Shown one piece after another: positions 63,691 through 64,000 of a stretch of DNA of 64,000 nt. The stretch is taken from contig JARDVH010000132.1 in assembly GCA_030324005.1 (NCBI GenBank), positions 74,193,702-74,257,701 on the forward strand, written 5' to 3'. Numbering within the stretch: the stretch's first letter is position 1; each line of letters begins with the position of its first letter. Under the pieces are notes generated by a model. That model worked only from the letters and a program-made list of their open reading frames with translations, was not told the DNA's origin and searched no databases. The DNA is from Negaprion brevirostris. Taxonomy: Eukaryota. The translations under genes were made by a program, and so were the position numbers.

Positions 63691-63790
63691 NNNNNNNNNN
63701 NNNNNNNNNNNNNNNNNNNNNNNNNNNNNNNNNNNNNNNNNNNNNNNNNNNNNNNNNNNNNNNNNNNNNNNNNNNNNNNNNNNNNNNNNN

Positions 63791-64000
63791 AAATCAAATC
63801 ACTGTGTAATTTCCCAAGTCTCCACACTCTGGCACCAGGTCGGGTCAATGCACCCGACTGTGCCTTTCAGACTGTGGGAGGAAACCGGAGCACCCGGAGG
63901 AAACTCTCACAGACAATGTGCAGACTCCGGACAGACAGTGACCCAAGTCAGGAATCGAGCCTGGATCCCTGGCGCTGTGAGGCAGCGGTGCTAACCGCTG
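63791..64000 (-). mobile_element. V-SINE (tail-B-like), running off the window end
   Basis: ccacactctggcacc...gactgtgggaggaaaccggagcacccggaggaaac...ggaatcgagcc...ggcagcggtgctaacc. Confidence 0.85.

Overview
Eukaryotic, repeat-dense, gap-ridden draft DNA. The SINE/LINE repertoire (HE1-type V-SINEs, a Deu-domain SINE, CR1, L2, RTE, Penelope-like ends, Harbinger) points to a cartilaginous fish (shark). The window lies inside the 3' part of a diacylglycerol kinase beta (dgkb) gene on the minus strand. Two exons with canonical splice sites were found by hand: 28606-28726 (121 bp, [41 protein letters not shown]) and 23309-23369 (61 bp, [20 protein letters not shown]). Everything else appears intronic, and none of the long ORF-track entries is a real gene. 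Most notable features: (i) a frameshifted HSP70/HSC70 C-terminal retro-fragment at 32343-32470; (ii) a 182-bp copy of neighbouring unique DNA pasted into an old LINE with junction microhomology; (iii) decayed Harbinger transposase and Myb/SANT genes carrying multi-level nested insertions; (iv) Penelope-type ends with decayed hammerhead ribozyme cores; (v) V-SINEs with two different 3' tails; (vi) TE-poor blocks with Pbx-Hox/Meis or Maf/RBPJ/TEAD motif clusters (candidate enhancers). I found no convincing evidence for an intact novel protein-coding system. TE family names come from remembered motifs and were not checked against a database; TE boundaries are approximate.
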